From a virus (Duplodnaviria; Caudoviricetes): a DNA stretch of 58,411 nucleotides. Numbering within the stretch: the stretch's first letter is position 1; every line of letters starts with the position of its first letter. The DNA is taken from positions 1 to 58,411 of the IMG/VR virus record IMGVR_UViG_3300032285_002078, one strand, 5' to 3'. Shown piece after piece: positions 28,494 through 37,180 of this stretch. The translations under genes were made by a program, and so were the position numbers. The notes beneath the pieces are model-generated. The model ran no database searches, was not told the origin of the DNA, and saw only the letters and a program-made list of their open reading frames with translations.

Positions 28494-30205
28494 ATTACTT
28501 CTTTAAATGCGTTTTTTGTCACCAGCTTGCCGATTTCTGGAAGCCATAAGTATTGCATTTCTGAACGATCTAGAGTTGACAATGCTTCTTTAACTGTTTC
28601 AACTAACGGATCGCCTGCAAGATTAAAGCTGGTATTAAATAAAATAGGAACATTTTTTAACTTGTTAAACTCACTAATTAGTTCATAATAGTGAGGGTTT
28701 TGTTCAGACGTTACTGTTTGAATTCTACAAGTTCCGTCTACGTGTGTGATTGCAGGAATTGAGGATTGTTTATCTTCTAATACATTCACAGCATACATCA
28801 TAAATGGACTGTCTGTACGTGAACGGAAATCAAACCATTCTGATGCATGTTCTGCCATGACTGTACCTGCAAATGGTCTAAACCACTCGCGATGCTTAAC
28901 TTCATTAACAATATCTTTGCCGTTAACAACTGTTGGGTCAAATAAAATTGAACGATTACCTAATGCACGGGGGCCGGCTTCACTGCGTCCTTGATATAAA
29001 CAAACAATGTTCCCGTCTGCAATTAATTTAGCCACTGTAGCGGCACTGGCGTCAGTTTGTAAAAATCCAGTAAAATCAGCATCAGCATAGTTAGCACTAT
29101 TATCAGGTCCAAGATATAAACTTGTCAGCGGAGTTTTTATTGAATCTTTTGTAATTGTCCTATACACATGCTGGCATACCCCCATTACATTTCCACCGTC
29201 GTGGCTTACTGGTTCGTGATAAAATTCAACATCGGGAAATTCTTTTAAAAATTCATAGTTAGCAACACAGTTAAGTACAAAACCTCCAGCCATTACAATT
29301 TTCTTATTACCAGTTATTTCAATTGCTTTTTTAATTAGTGCAATCACACGTTCTTCAGCAGATTTTTGTACGGCATATGCAAGATCTTTTCTAAAATCAT
29401 CAATAAGATCTGGATCAGTGTGCCATGCAACATCGCCTTCGTGCTCTTTTAATTCTGGATTTAAATCGCAACGAATTACATTGCCAGCGGGAAACTTTGG
29501 TTTAATTAAATTACGGTTACTAAATCTGCCTTCGTGAATCTTAATGTTGTTGTTTGGTTTTCCGTACGGTGCAATACCCATCGTTTTTCCTGCTTCGATG
29601 GCATGAAATCCTAGATATTGTGTCACAGCTTCGTAGGTTTTAGTAATACCGTGGCCGTCTGATACTTCAATTTGGCAATCGTCGTCGAACAATTCAAAAC
29701 TATCAACAAGATTTGTACCGTAGTGTACTAACTGACGTTTAATTTCAGCAGGATACCCAAGACTCCAGATAGACTCTACTTCCCATGTTTCCTGCTTTAA
29801 CTGTTCCAAATCAGGAATGTTAATGCCGCTGCCGGCGCCATCAATCACAATAGCGGTAGCAGAATCAAATCCACTATTATAAAATGCTGTTACAGCATGT
29901 GTCATATGATGATCGTCGCCTAGTTTAATAGTTTCTACCTTATGTCCTGGTTGTTTCTTACGAACCAAACAAGTGTAGGCATCTTCACCAGTCCACGGCA
30001 CTTGCCCAAATGCATTACGTGTTCCGCATAATATAAGAAAATCTATATGATCAGTATATTCAAATGCTTTCTCAATGCCTAGAAATGGGTTACCGTCGTA
30101 TTTCAACCTACTTAATCTGTCTTCTTCAATGTAAAAAATTAATTCACTATCTTTGTATAGGGCTGCTGCGCCGTTATGTCCTACATTAATTCCTAATAAC
30201 CACAT
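28490..30205 (-). CDS. Carbamoyltransferase (NodU/CmcH/TobZ family)
   Basis: GHNGAAAL, EEDRLSRLK, HHMTHA, VIDGAG, AGKTMGIAPYG, GGFVLNCVAN, EAGPRALGNRSIL, KHREWFRPFA, HVDGTCRIQTV, NTSFNLAGDPLVE. Confidence 0.95.
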   Translation of the reverse strand: MWLLGINVGHNGAAALYKDSELIFYIEEDRLSRLKYDGNPFLGIEKAFEYTDHIDFLILCGTRNAFGQVPWTGEDAYTCLVRKKQPGHKVETIKLGDDHHMTHAVTAFYNSGFDSATAIVIDGAGSGINIPDLEQLKQETWEVESIWSLGYPAEIKRQLVHYGTNLVDSFELFDDDCQIEVSDGHGITKTYEAVTQYLGFHAIEAGKTMGIAPYGKPNNNIKIHEGRFSNRNLIKPKFPAGNVIRCDLNPELKEHEGDVAWHTDPDLIDDFRKDLAYAVQKSAEERVIALIKKAIEITGNKKIVMAGGFVLNCVANYEFLKEFPDVEFYHEPVSHDGGNVMGVCQHVYRTITKDSIKTPLTSLYLGPDNSANYADADFTGFLQTDASAATVAKLIADGNIVCLYQGRSEAGPRALGNRSILFDPTVVNGKDIVNEVKHREWFRPFAGTVMAEHASEWFDFRSRTDSPFMMYAVNVLEDKQSSIPAITHVDGTCRIQTVTSEQNPHYYELISEFNKLKNVPILFNTSFNLAGDPLVETVKEALSTLDRSEMQYLWLPEIGKLVTKNAFKEVI

Positions 30206-30216
30206 GTGATAATCCT

Positions 30217-31143
30217 TTATTTTGTTGTTTTAGTAATATGTGCTTTGATATTAGCAATAATACTTTTAAGCTCGTCTTTGCTAAAATCCATGATTGAATC
30301 ATTTAATCTATCTGCTTCTTCAGCTGCAAATCCTGCAATCCTAATAGGGCTATAATGTCTAACAGTATTTTTCTTTTCAACGATGTTAAAGTGCTCTGGG
30401 TATGTAATATTGATTGGAAATGTACTGCCGCATACAATAGTTCCAGGTTTATTAAATGCATATGCTAAATGTTGTCCTACACTATCGCATCCAATAAAGT
30501 AATCACTAGCTTCTATGATTGCAGCCCATATTCTTAATGGCACTATATTGTCTGGCTGGAAAATGGGTAAATTTACAACATTTAACTTATGTTCTCCCAT
30601 ATACATGATATTATAATCTTTAGATAATTCTGCAACTAATTCCATAAAAGTAGATTGTTCTATACTTCTACTGCTTTGATCGTACACTACTCCGCCGCCG
30701 CCCAACATACTGCTTCTTCCAAACGGTTGAATTACAATAGTTTTTTCTTTTTGATGTTGCTGTTTTACTTGCCCAAGAATTTCCATTGCGGCAATTTCTT
30801 CAGATTTATTTAAAACAACTGTTGGTTGAACATTTGCAGTAGTGCGTTCTCCTAATATTTCCCACCAAAAACTTTGTTGCAAACTACTGCGTTGATTGTA
30901 ATATTCTCTGTCTCTGTAAGGCTCTGGGCTAATACAGATATTGTCTTTGATTAAGTTTTCAAATAATCCTTTGTGGTTAACATCCCATGCATATTGTTGC
31001 AGAGTAGGATGACCCATATAAAATTCCATGCCACCTTCGCAAACGATGCCGCCAAGTTCTCCTCGTTTATGACTTTCTTCCAATGCTGGAATGCTGGCCA
31101 GTACACGGCCTGCGCCACCGTTGATAAAAAATATTTTTTTCAT
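30217..31143 (-). CDS. GT9-like (GT-B fold) glycosyltransferase
   Basis: N-terminal GGAGRVLASIPAL, IVIQPFG, and LRIWAAIIEASDYFIGCDSVGQHLAYAFNKP resembling the heptosyltransferase DSG..H.A.A...P motif. Confidence 0.7.
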   Translation of the reverse strand: MKKIFFINGGAGRVLASIPALEESHKRGELGGIVCEGGMEFYMGHPTLQQYAWDVNHKGLFENLIKDNICISPEPYRDREYYNQRSSLQQSFWWEILGERTTANVQPTVVLNKSEEIAAMEILGQVKQQHQKEKTIVIQPFGRSSMLGGGGVVYDQSSRSIEQSTFMELVAELSKDYNIMYMGEHKLNVVNLPIFQPDNIVPLRIWAAIIEASDYFIGCDSVGQHLAYAFNKPGTIVCGSTFPINITYPEHFNIVEKKNTVRHYSPIRIAGFAAEEADRLNDSIMDFSKDELKSIIANIKAHITKTTK

Positions 31144-31174
31144 TGTTGCCCTTGATAATGTGCGTATATAACTT

Positions 31175-31180
31175 TATTTA
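31175..31180 (-). promoter_or_regulatory. Late promoter core TAAATA upstream of the glycosyltransferase-carbamoyltransferase-oxygenase operon
   Basis: TAAATA about 32 nt upstream of ATG 31143, the same motif as before the structural genes. A 6-mer in AT-rich DNA could be chance. Confidence 0.55.
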
Positions 31181-31366
31181 TGATACACGTTTTATTGTAA
31201 AATATTCTTGGTTATATAGTCAACCAATATGTTACCGTATTCTATGTGAGACGCAAAATCAAAACACTCCATCCTGTATCGCTGTTAGCATACAATATAG
31301 TCATTTTTTCTCTTGGGAATCAATTAATAGCATATATAGTGTATAAATCAATTACATAGGAATAAT

Positions 31367-31984
31367 ATGAAAAAAGTAGTTAATGCATTTTCAGTGCCTA
31401 TTTTAGAAGCAATTTTTCCATCTAATTCAGATCAGACTTCTGAATGGATGGATAATATAAATTTTTTGCTTGATAGTATGGACGATAAACGATTGTTAAG
31501 TCACGAGTGGAACAATAATGTTGTTACTGATAATAGGAGTACTATTGGATATAGCTCTTTCAATCATGGTAATTTATTAGACGATCCAACATTTCAAAGT
31601 TTTTTTGAAAATATAACTCCATTAATAACTGAATTTTTAGAAAAACTCGAATACACTGGCAACTGGCGATTTGAAAATGCATGGGTCAATGTATATCCGG
31701 TAGGCGCCTATGTTCCATTGCATAATCATGGAAACATGCATTGGAGCGGAGTTTACTATATTACAGCATTAGAAGGTTGTGGCGATTTAAAACTTATTGA
31801 TCCAAAAGAATACGCATTGAGCAACGAACCAAATGGAACCAAATGGAGAGGCGTTAATAATATGAAGATTGATGCTACTACTGATAAACTAGTAATTTTT
31901 CCTGGCTATTTAAAACACGAAACTGATCCAAACTATTCAATAGGTGATAGGGTAGTCATTAGTTTTAATATCATGTGTGTATAA
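31367..31984 (+). CDS. Putative 2OG-Fe(II) oxygenase
   Basis: AWVN.Y......HNH....WSGVYY...L...DP...IFP.YL.H...P.....RVVISFN. Confidence 0.85.
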   Translation: MKKVVNAFSVPILEAIFPSNSDQTSEWMDNINFLLDSMDDKRLLSHEWNNNVVTDNRSTIGYSSFNHGNLLDDPTFQSFFENITPLITEFLEKLEYTGNWRFENAWVNVYPVGAYVPLHNHGNMHWSGVYYITALEGCGDLKLIDPKEYALSNEPNGTKWRGVNNMKIDATTDKLVIFPGYLKHETDPNYSIGDRVVISFNIMCV

Positions 31985-32564
31985 AATGTTATATAATACA
32001 GAATTCCCATTGCTATTAGAAACAACATACGTTGTTGATTCTGAAACTCAACAACGTATGATTAATACTGTATTATCTCAAAAAGATAATGGAAATTATC
32101 ATGGAGGTTACACTTTTCATGTAAAAGATCAATGCGGTGATTTTAAAAATCTATATAATTATTTTTTAAAATCTACTGAAAGTGTTACTGGACCTTTAAC
32201 ATTAGCTCCTCGTAATAAATCTTGGTGCTGGGCCAATGTATATAATCGAGATAATTTTAAAACTAACTTACATGATCATGTTGCAACTTCTTCAATAAAT
32301 GCAATTTATTATTTAAAAATGCCAGTTGATTTAAAACCAAACGAAGGCGGACTGCGAGTCTTTAACATTAATAACGAATTAATAGAATACTACCCTGACG
32401 AATTTGACTTAATAATCATGCCTAGCAATATTCCTCATGAACCGTTATATCATTCATCGGAAGATTTTAGGATAGCTATAAACATGGAAATATGTACTTT
32501 ATTTCCTATTTCTCAAAATTATACAGAAGATAAAATTTATGCAGCCGCGCAACCAAGATTATGA
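31977..32564 (+). CDS. Putative 2OG-Fe(II) oxygenase
   Basis: WANVY...HDH...INAIYYL...GGL...LIIMPS..PHEP.......RIAIN. Confidence 0.75.
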   Translation: MYKMLYNTEFPLLLETTYVVDSETQQRMINTVLSQKDNGNYHGGYTFHVKDQCGDFKNLYNYFLKSTESVTGPLTLAPRNKSWCWANVYNRDNFKTNLHDHVATSSINAIYYLKMPVDLKPNEGGLRVFNINNELIEYYPDEFDLIIMPSNIPHEPLYHSSEDFRIAINMEICTLFPISQNYTEDKIYAAAQPRL

Positions 32565-33054
32565 GCAACTACGAGTATTATCAAAAATAATTATTGATCC
32601 AGAATATTGTGACAAAATTATACATAAGTATGATACTGATCTAGAACGTGTAATACAGCAATCTTTTCGAGATGTTCAAATAAAAAACATTAATATAAAC
32701 GATATTCTAGATTTAAAAAATAATATAATTTCTGCAAACGAAATACACTACAAGTTTGATCTTAATTATGATCAATCAGATTGTTTTTTTGCAAGATACG
32801 ATACTGGTATGCATTATCAATCATTTCATTTAGATTGTATTGCAGGAGAACAACAACGTAAATTATCTTTTAGCTTGTTATTAAATGAAGAATTCACAGG
32901 AGGAGAATTTGAATTGTTAGAAGGAGCTCCTATTCCAACAAAAAAGGGAAAATTATTAGTTTTCCCTTCTTTTTTACCTCATAAAATAACACCAATTACC
33001 AGCCAAACACGATATGTTATATTTGGCTGGTTTTATGGTCCAAATTTTATTTAA
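32539..33054 (+). CDS. 2OG-Fe(II) oxygenase, prolyl-hydroxylase/PKHD-like
   Basis: Y..FHLD, RKLSFSLLLN.EF.GGEF, LVFPSFLPH.I.P.....RY....W..GP. Confidence 0.85.
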   Translation: MQPRNQDYEQLRVLSKIIIDPEYCDKIIHKYDTDLERVIQQSFRDVQIKNININDILDLKNNIISANEIHYKFDLNYDQSDCFFARYDTGMHYQSFHLDCIAGEQQRKLSFSLLLNEEFTGGEFELLEGAPIPTKKGKLLVFPSFLPHKITPITSQTRYVIFGWFYGPNFI

Positions 33055-33055
33055 A

Positions 33056-33568
33056 TTACGGAGTAACAACAGTTCCTGGTATCGTAACAGTACTATCAGC
33101 AACTGCATCGCCGCCAGGGCCTGATACTTTAAGAGATACATCGATTGTTTTGTCCTCGTTGCTACGCTCAAATGTCATAGTAACCGGATTTGGTAAATCT
33201 AGATCTTCTCGAACTTCTTTTTGAACTTTACCGTCAATTGTCCATTCAATAGTTTCAAATATTCCAGCAGCAATTGATATAAAACTATAAACTACTTCGT
33301 TTGAAGTCATTGATGTAAATTTCATGTTAATAGCTGCGCTAGGAGGACCTGGTGGTGGTGGTGGATTTGCAGCTACCCATTCTTCGTGCCATTGGCCGCC
33401 TGAAATCCATTCGTTGTCTCTAAATCGCCAGCCAACATGTACGTGGCTTGGCACTTGTTCCCAATGACCTGGGATATCATTTTTTGCAATAGCATCTGGA
33501 TGCCAAAGACCGCTAGGATCTTCGTCGTGCAGTTGCATTATTTCGTCATTTACTATTTTTGCCCACAT
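33056..33568 (-). CDS. Hypothetical protein with a PKD-like C-terminal domain
   Basis: N-terminus like fibre-associated small proteins (VP..V.VGW), a poly-Pro linker, then WTIDG...V.LKVSGPGG; last gene of the Cys-rich operon. Confidence 0.55.
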   Translation of the reverse strand: MWAKIVNDEIMQLHDEDPSGLWHPDAIAKNDIPGHWEQVPSHVHVGWRFRDNEWISGGQWHEEWVAANPPPPPGPPSAAINMKFTSMTSNEVVYSFISIAAGIFETIEWTIDGKVQKEVREDLDLPNPVTMTFERSNEDKTIDVSLKVSGPGGDAVADSTVTIPGTVVTP

Positions 33569-33585
33569 AATTTATTCCTTATTAA

Positions 33586-35214
33586 TTATTTCCAATAGAT
33601 GATAGCCATGCCTGTTCCTGCATTGCTAACTCTCCAATCTAAATCGCTTGGTGGATATGCAAGAGCTGCTCCTGATCCGTTACATAAATCAAATGTTCCG
33701 CCATAACATATACATAATATATAACATCTGTTTACGCCTGCGCCACCGCCTTTGCCTGCTTTACTAGTTAAATTACAAATTCCAACGCCGCCAGATCCAC
33801 CTAATGTTCCAGCACATGTAATCACATTGGGGAATAACGATTGCTGTAATCTATCTGAACAACATACTTTGCCGGCTGTACCTAAACAACATAGTAGTGT
33901 CCAATTTACCATAGTTGAACTACTATTGTAAAAATAAGTAGAATTACAATATACATATGTCACGCCGCCAGTACCTGCACCTTCTCCTGCGTTTTCAGGA
34001 GTGCTTCCGTATGCTATTTTAGTTGCCCATTGAATTGTGCCGCACCAATATTGTGCATCAAAGCTGATACTTTTTCCAGACGATCCGCTGCCGCACATTG
34101 AATGAATATCGTGCCACGGATATGTTTTTGGAGGAGTAGACGGTGTAAATCTTGAACAAGAATGACAGCCATAATAACTACTAGTAGTTTGCACACCCCA
34201 CCAGTAACATTCTCCCTGTCCCTCATTATTATCGGCGCCGCCCCATCCACCGTGGCCTCCTCTCCAATTTCCACTCATGCAGCAATTGCCTACAATTGGT
34301 ACACATTCACAAGATGTACTTGTTTGCCATTTGGTTCCTCCTCCTCCGCCAGCTGTAGGAGGATAGTTAACATTGTAAGCATCAGGCCCGCTTTGGGCTG
34401 GACTTTGTGGAGTACAAATACAACTACAAGCAGATGCTACCATATTGCCTCTAGTTATATAGCCAATTCCGCCGCCTCCTCCTGCACTAGATCCGCCACC
34501 GCTCATACCCCATACTGTAACAGTATTAACCGCATTTTGGCCAGCGCCGCCCGTACTGTAAATCCAAGAGCCTGCAGATCCGCCGCCTGCATATCTTGCA
34601 TTACAGCAATCGTCGCCTTGATGACCTGGGGATATGGCTGTGCCAACGCCTGCATATACAATGCAATAACCGCAGCAAGTTGTGCAAGAAAAACAAATGC
34701 AAGACCCGCAATAATGACTATAGCTACTGCATAAGTTATAGTTGCATCCTGCACAACCACCGTTACTGTTCCAATCGCCTCCTGATGCAACGCCTGCAAC
34801 ACAACCAGCTGCTCCGCCACCTGTAATTGTTCTAGCAACTGCACCAGTATTAGTATATGCAATTGTAGTATCTTGCTCTTGGCGGCCAACAACAATTGTT
34901 ACTGTGCAACCTGCAGCAACTGCATCAACTTTTTCAGCATATCCGCCGCCAGATCCAGCCATTCCGCAACACTGACCAACTGTACATTTACTCTTGCCGC
35001 CGCCGCCAACAGCAATAGTACGTAAACATGTTGCACCACTAGGCAAAGTAAAAGAGTAGTTGCCCGGAGTATCTAAAATAATACGATTGGGCCAGCACTC
35101 GTTAGCATTGTACGTATACTTGTGTTGCGAAGTTTGATAACATGTTGAATTTATAACAGCATTACAACAGTTTGTTCCAACTTGTGTAGATCCTGTACTT
35201 ATATAACGACCCAT
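33586..35214 (-). CDS. Cys/Gly-rich putative fibre-tip protein; start MGRYIS at 35214
   Basis: TPGNYSFT.P.G...RTIAVGGGG...GSGGGY and C-terminal GTGMAIIYW, as in Gly-rich phage tip domains; about 45 Cys by manual count. Confidence 0.7.
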   Translation of the reverse strand: MGRYISTGSTQVGTNCCNAVINSTCYQTSQHKYTYNANECWPNRIILDTPGNYSFTLPSGATCLRTIAVGGGGKSKCTVGQCCGMAGSGGGYAEKVDAVAAGCTVTIVVGRQEQDTTIAYTNTGAVARTITGGGAAGCVAGVASGGDWNSNGGCAGCNYNLCSSYSHYCGSCICFSCTTCCGYCIVYAGVGTAISPGHQGDDCCNARYAGGGSAGSWIYSTGGAGQNAVNTVTVWGMSGGGSSAGGGGGIGYITRGNMVASACSCICTPQSPAQSGPDAYNVNYPPTAGGGGGTKWQTSTSCECVPIVGNCCMSGNWRGGHGGWGGADNNEGQGECYWWGVQTTSSYYGCHSCSRFTPSTPPKTYPWHDIHSMCGSGSSGKSISFDAQYWCGTIQWATKIAYGSTPENAGEGAGTGGVTYVYCNSTYFYNSSSTMVNWTLLCCLGTAGKVCCSDRLQQSLFPNVITCAGTLGGSGGVGICNLTSKAGKGGGAGVNRCYILCICYGGTFDLCNGSGAALAYPPSDLDWRVSNAGTGMAIIYWK

Positions 35215-35215
35215 T

Positions 35216-36826
35216 TTATGCTTCCCTGTAATATATAATTGCCATGCCTGTTCCGGCATTGCTTACTAGCATGTCAAGTAAACATGGAGGAAATGCTAGT
35301 GCTGGCAAAGAACCGTTACAGCAATCGTAAGTTCCACCATAGCACACACATAGTAGTTGACATTTTGATTGTCCGCCACCGCCACCTTTGCCTGCTTTAC
35401 TAGTATATCTGCACCAGTTTACGCCGCCGGATCCGCCCAGTGTTCCTGCACAAGTAACAAATGTTGGAAACAATGCATCAGACATTAACCATGCTTGATC
35501 ACATTGTCCAGTTGTTCCTAACGAACAAAGTTTTACCCAGTTTACTGGATCTTGATTAACTAACATTATCCCATGCATGGTAGGATTGCAACAAACTGAA
35601 ACAATACCGCCAGTCCCTGCACCTTCGCCAGAATTACGTGGGCGAGGGCCTACAAATCCTCCCCAGCAAGCCATATAATTAGTACGCGAACCAACTGTGC
35701 CTGGACTACCTGATCCTCTCATATCCTGTATATCCCACCAATCATGTTTTGCAATTCCGCAACATTGACTTTTTTCTCTCCAGCCTGTCCAGCAACAACT
35801 GCCGCCAAATGGATATGTACAGAATGCTTTCCAACCCCATTCGTATGTCCAGGCCTGGCCTTCTGATTGGTTGTCTCCGCCTGCGCCGCCATCGCCGCCT
35901 TTCCATACACCATTTGAGCAATCTTGTGATCCAAAACTTCTACAACCATAGCCAAAAGTGATTCTAGTGCCGCCGCCACCTTGGGCCGAACCTGGGTAAT
36001 TTGTACACCAGTTAGTACCTTCACCGTATGCTTCCCATGATCCTCCGCAAATACAATAGCAGCAATTGTAAGACCAATTGCAGCCAGCGTCACAAAAGCC
36101 GCCGATGCCAGCACCGCCGCCAACAGTTCCGCCTGTGCCACCACCACCGCCCGATCCGCAAATTCCCCATGCATAGCCACCGCATAGTGCTAAAAATGAT
36201 CCTGCACTTGCTCCACCAGCAATAGACATACCACAACAGGGACTACCTTCACTTCCAGTTGGTTCGTATTGATAAACAATACAGTATCCGCAACAAGTTG
36301 TTAAAGATATACACTTTTGGCTACCGCAATAATGACTATACGATCCACCGCAGTTATTACAAGTGAAGCCTACGCAACCGCCTCGGCTATTCCAATCTCC
36401 GCCTGTTGCGGCGCCAGGAATACAACCGGCTGCGCCGCCTGCTGTATGTACATTTGTACCATTGCAAGCAAGTGTAGTGTCAGCTTCTTGTCTGCCAACT
36501 ACCACTGTAAATGCCGTTGATCCGCCAGTGATAGCATGAATTTTCTCACTATATGCGCCGCCGGCACCTGCTGCACTATTACAGCCGTTGGTATTACCGT
36601 CGGCAGTTAAACTGATACACTTTGGTTTGCCACCACCACCAACGAGTATGGTTCTTGCACAAATTGCATTTGTAGGTGCAGTCCACGTGTAACTACCTGG
36701 TCTATCAAAGACTACTTTATATTGCCAGCATTGTTTGCCGTCATAGTAGGTCTTTGCACCAGTAACTGTAGGTGCTGTTTTTTCAGCAACACTTACAGCA
36801 TACGAAATTGGTACAAAACGTCCCAT
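35216..36826 (-). CDS. Cys/Gly-rich putative fibre-tip protein, paralog of 33586-35214
   Basis: Shares VVGRQE.DTT, GGDWNS.GGC, SYSHYCGS, TTCCGYCIVY, GEGAGTGG, TCAGTLGGSGGV and VSNAGTGMAIIY; about 45 Cys. Confidence 0.7.
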   Translation of the reverse strand: MGRFVPISYAVSVAEKTAPTVTGAKTYYDGKQCWQYKVVFDRPGSYTWTAPTNAICARTILVGGGGKPKCISLTADGNTNGCNSAAGAGGAYSEKIHAITGGSTAFTVVVGRQEADTTLACNGTNVHTAGGAAGCIPGAATGGDWNSRGGCVGFTCNNCGGSYSHYCGSQKCISLTTCCGYCIVYQYEPTGSEGSPCCGMSIAGGASAGSFLALCGGYAWGICGSGGGGGTGGTVGGGAGIGGFCDAGCNWSYNCCYCICGGSWEAYGEGTNWCTNYPGSAQGGGGTRITFGYGCRSFGSQDCSNGVWKGGDGGAGGDNQSEGQAWTYEWGWKAFCTYPFGGSCCWTGWREKSQCCGIAKHDWWDIQDMRGSGSPGTVGSRTNYMACWGGFVGPRPRNSGEGAGTGGIVSVCCNPTMHGIMLVNQDPVNWVKLCSLGTTGQCDQAWLMSDALFPTFVTCAGTLGGSGGVNWCRYTSKAGKGGGGGQSKCQLLCVCYGGTYDCCNGSLPALAFPPCLLDMLVSNAGTGMAIIYYREA

Positions 36827-36841
36827 ATTATCTATTTCCTA

Positions 36842-37165
36842 TTAAGTTGTACTTGTTTCAATACCGTATGCTACAGCATTAACGCTAGTTGTACTTGCGT
36901 AAACTACAATATACTTATTAGTAGCATCGCATACAAGTCCAGTACGCTCTAATACAGAGTTAGCTGGGATTGTTGTGCCGTATTCAAGGTATTCAGCACC
37001 GCCCGGTGATGTTGAGCTAGCAAGTGCTAGCCTAACAGTTACCGAAGTTGCATTTCTGTTGCAAATTGTTACGTTTACAACGGCAAATGTGCTTGCCGGA
37101 CAAGTATACAGTGTAGTATTTGTCGTTGCTGAAAGGTCTTGAGCGCCTAATCTTCCTGTTGCCAT
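36842..37165 (-). CDS. Small predicted beta-sheet virion protein (107 aa), putative fibre adaptor
   Basis: Similar size and residue pattern to 49769-50098 and 53990-54343; GGAG SD. Confidence 0.6.
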   Translation of the reverse strand: MATGRLGAQDLSATTNTTLYTCPASTFAVVNVTICNRNATSVTVRLALASSTSPGGAEYLEYGTTIPANSVLERTGLVCDATNKYIVVYASTTSVNAVAYGIETSTT

Positions 37166-37180
37166 AATTTAATTCTCCAA

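Noticed and set aside
31143-31346. 67-aa plus-strand ORF in the divergent intergenic gap
   Set aside because: TTG start overlapping the opposite gene's ATG, no SD and no motif; the region is better explained as promoter DNA.
34014-36952. Short alternative-frame ORFs within the Cys-rich genes as possible RiPP precursors
   Set aside because: They overlap long, paralog-supported genes and show no SD or motif support.
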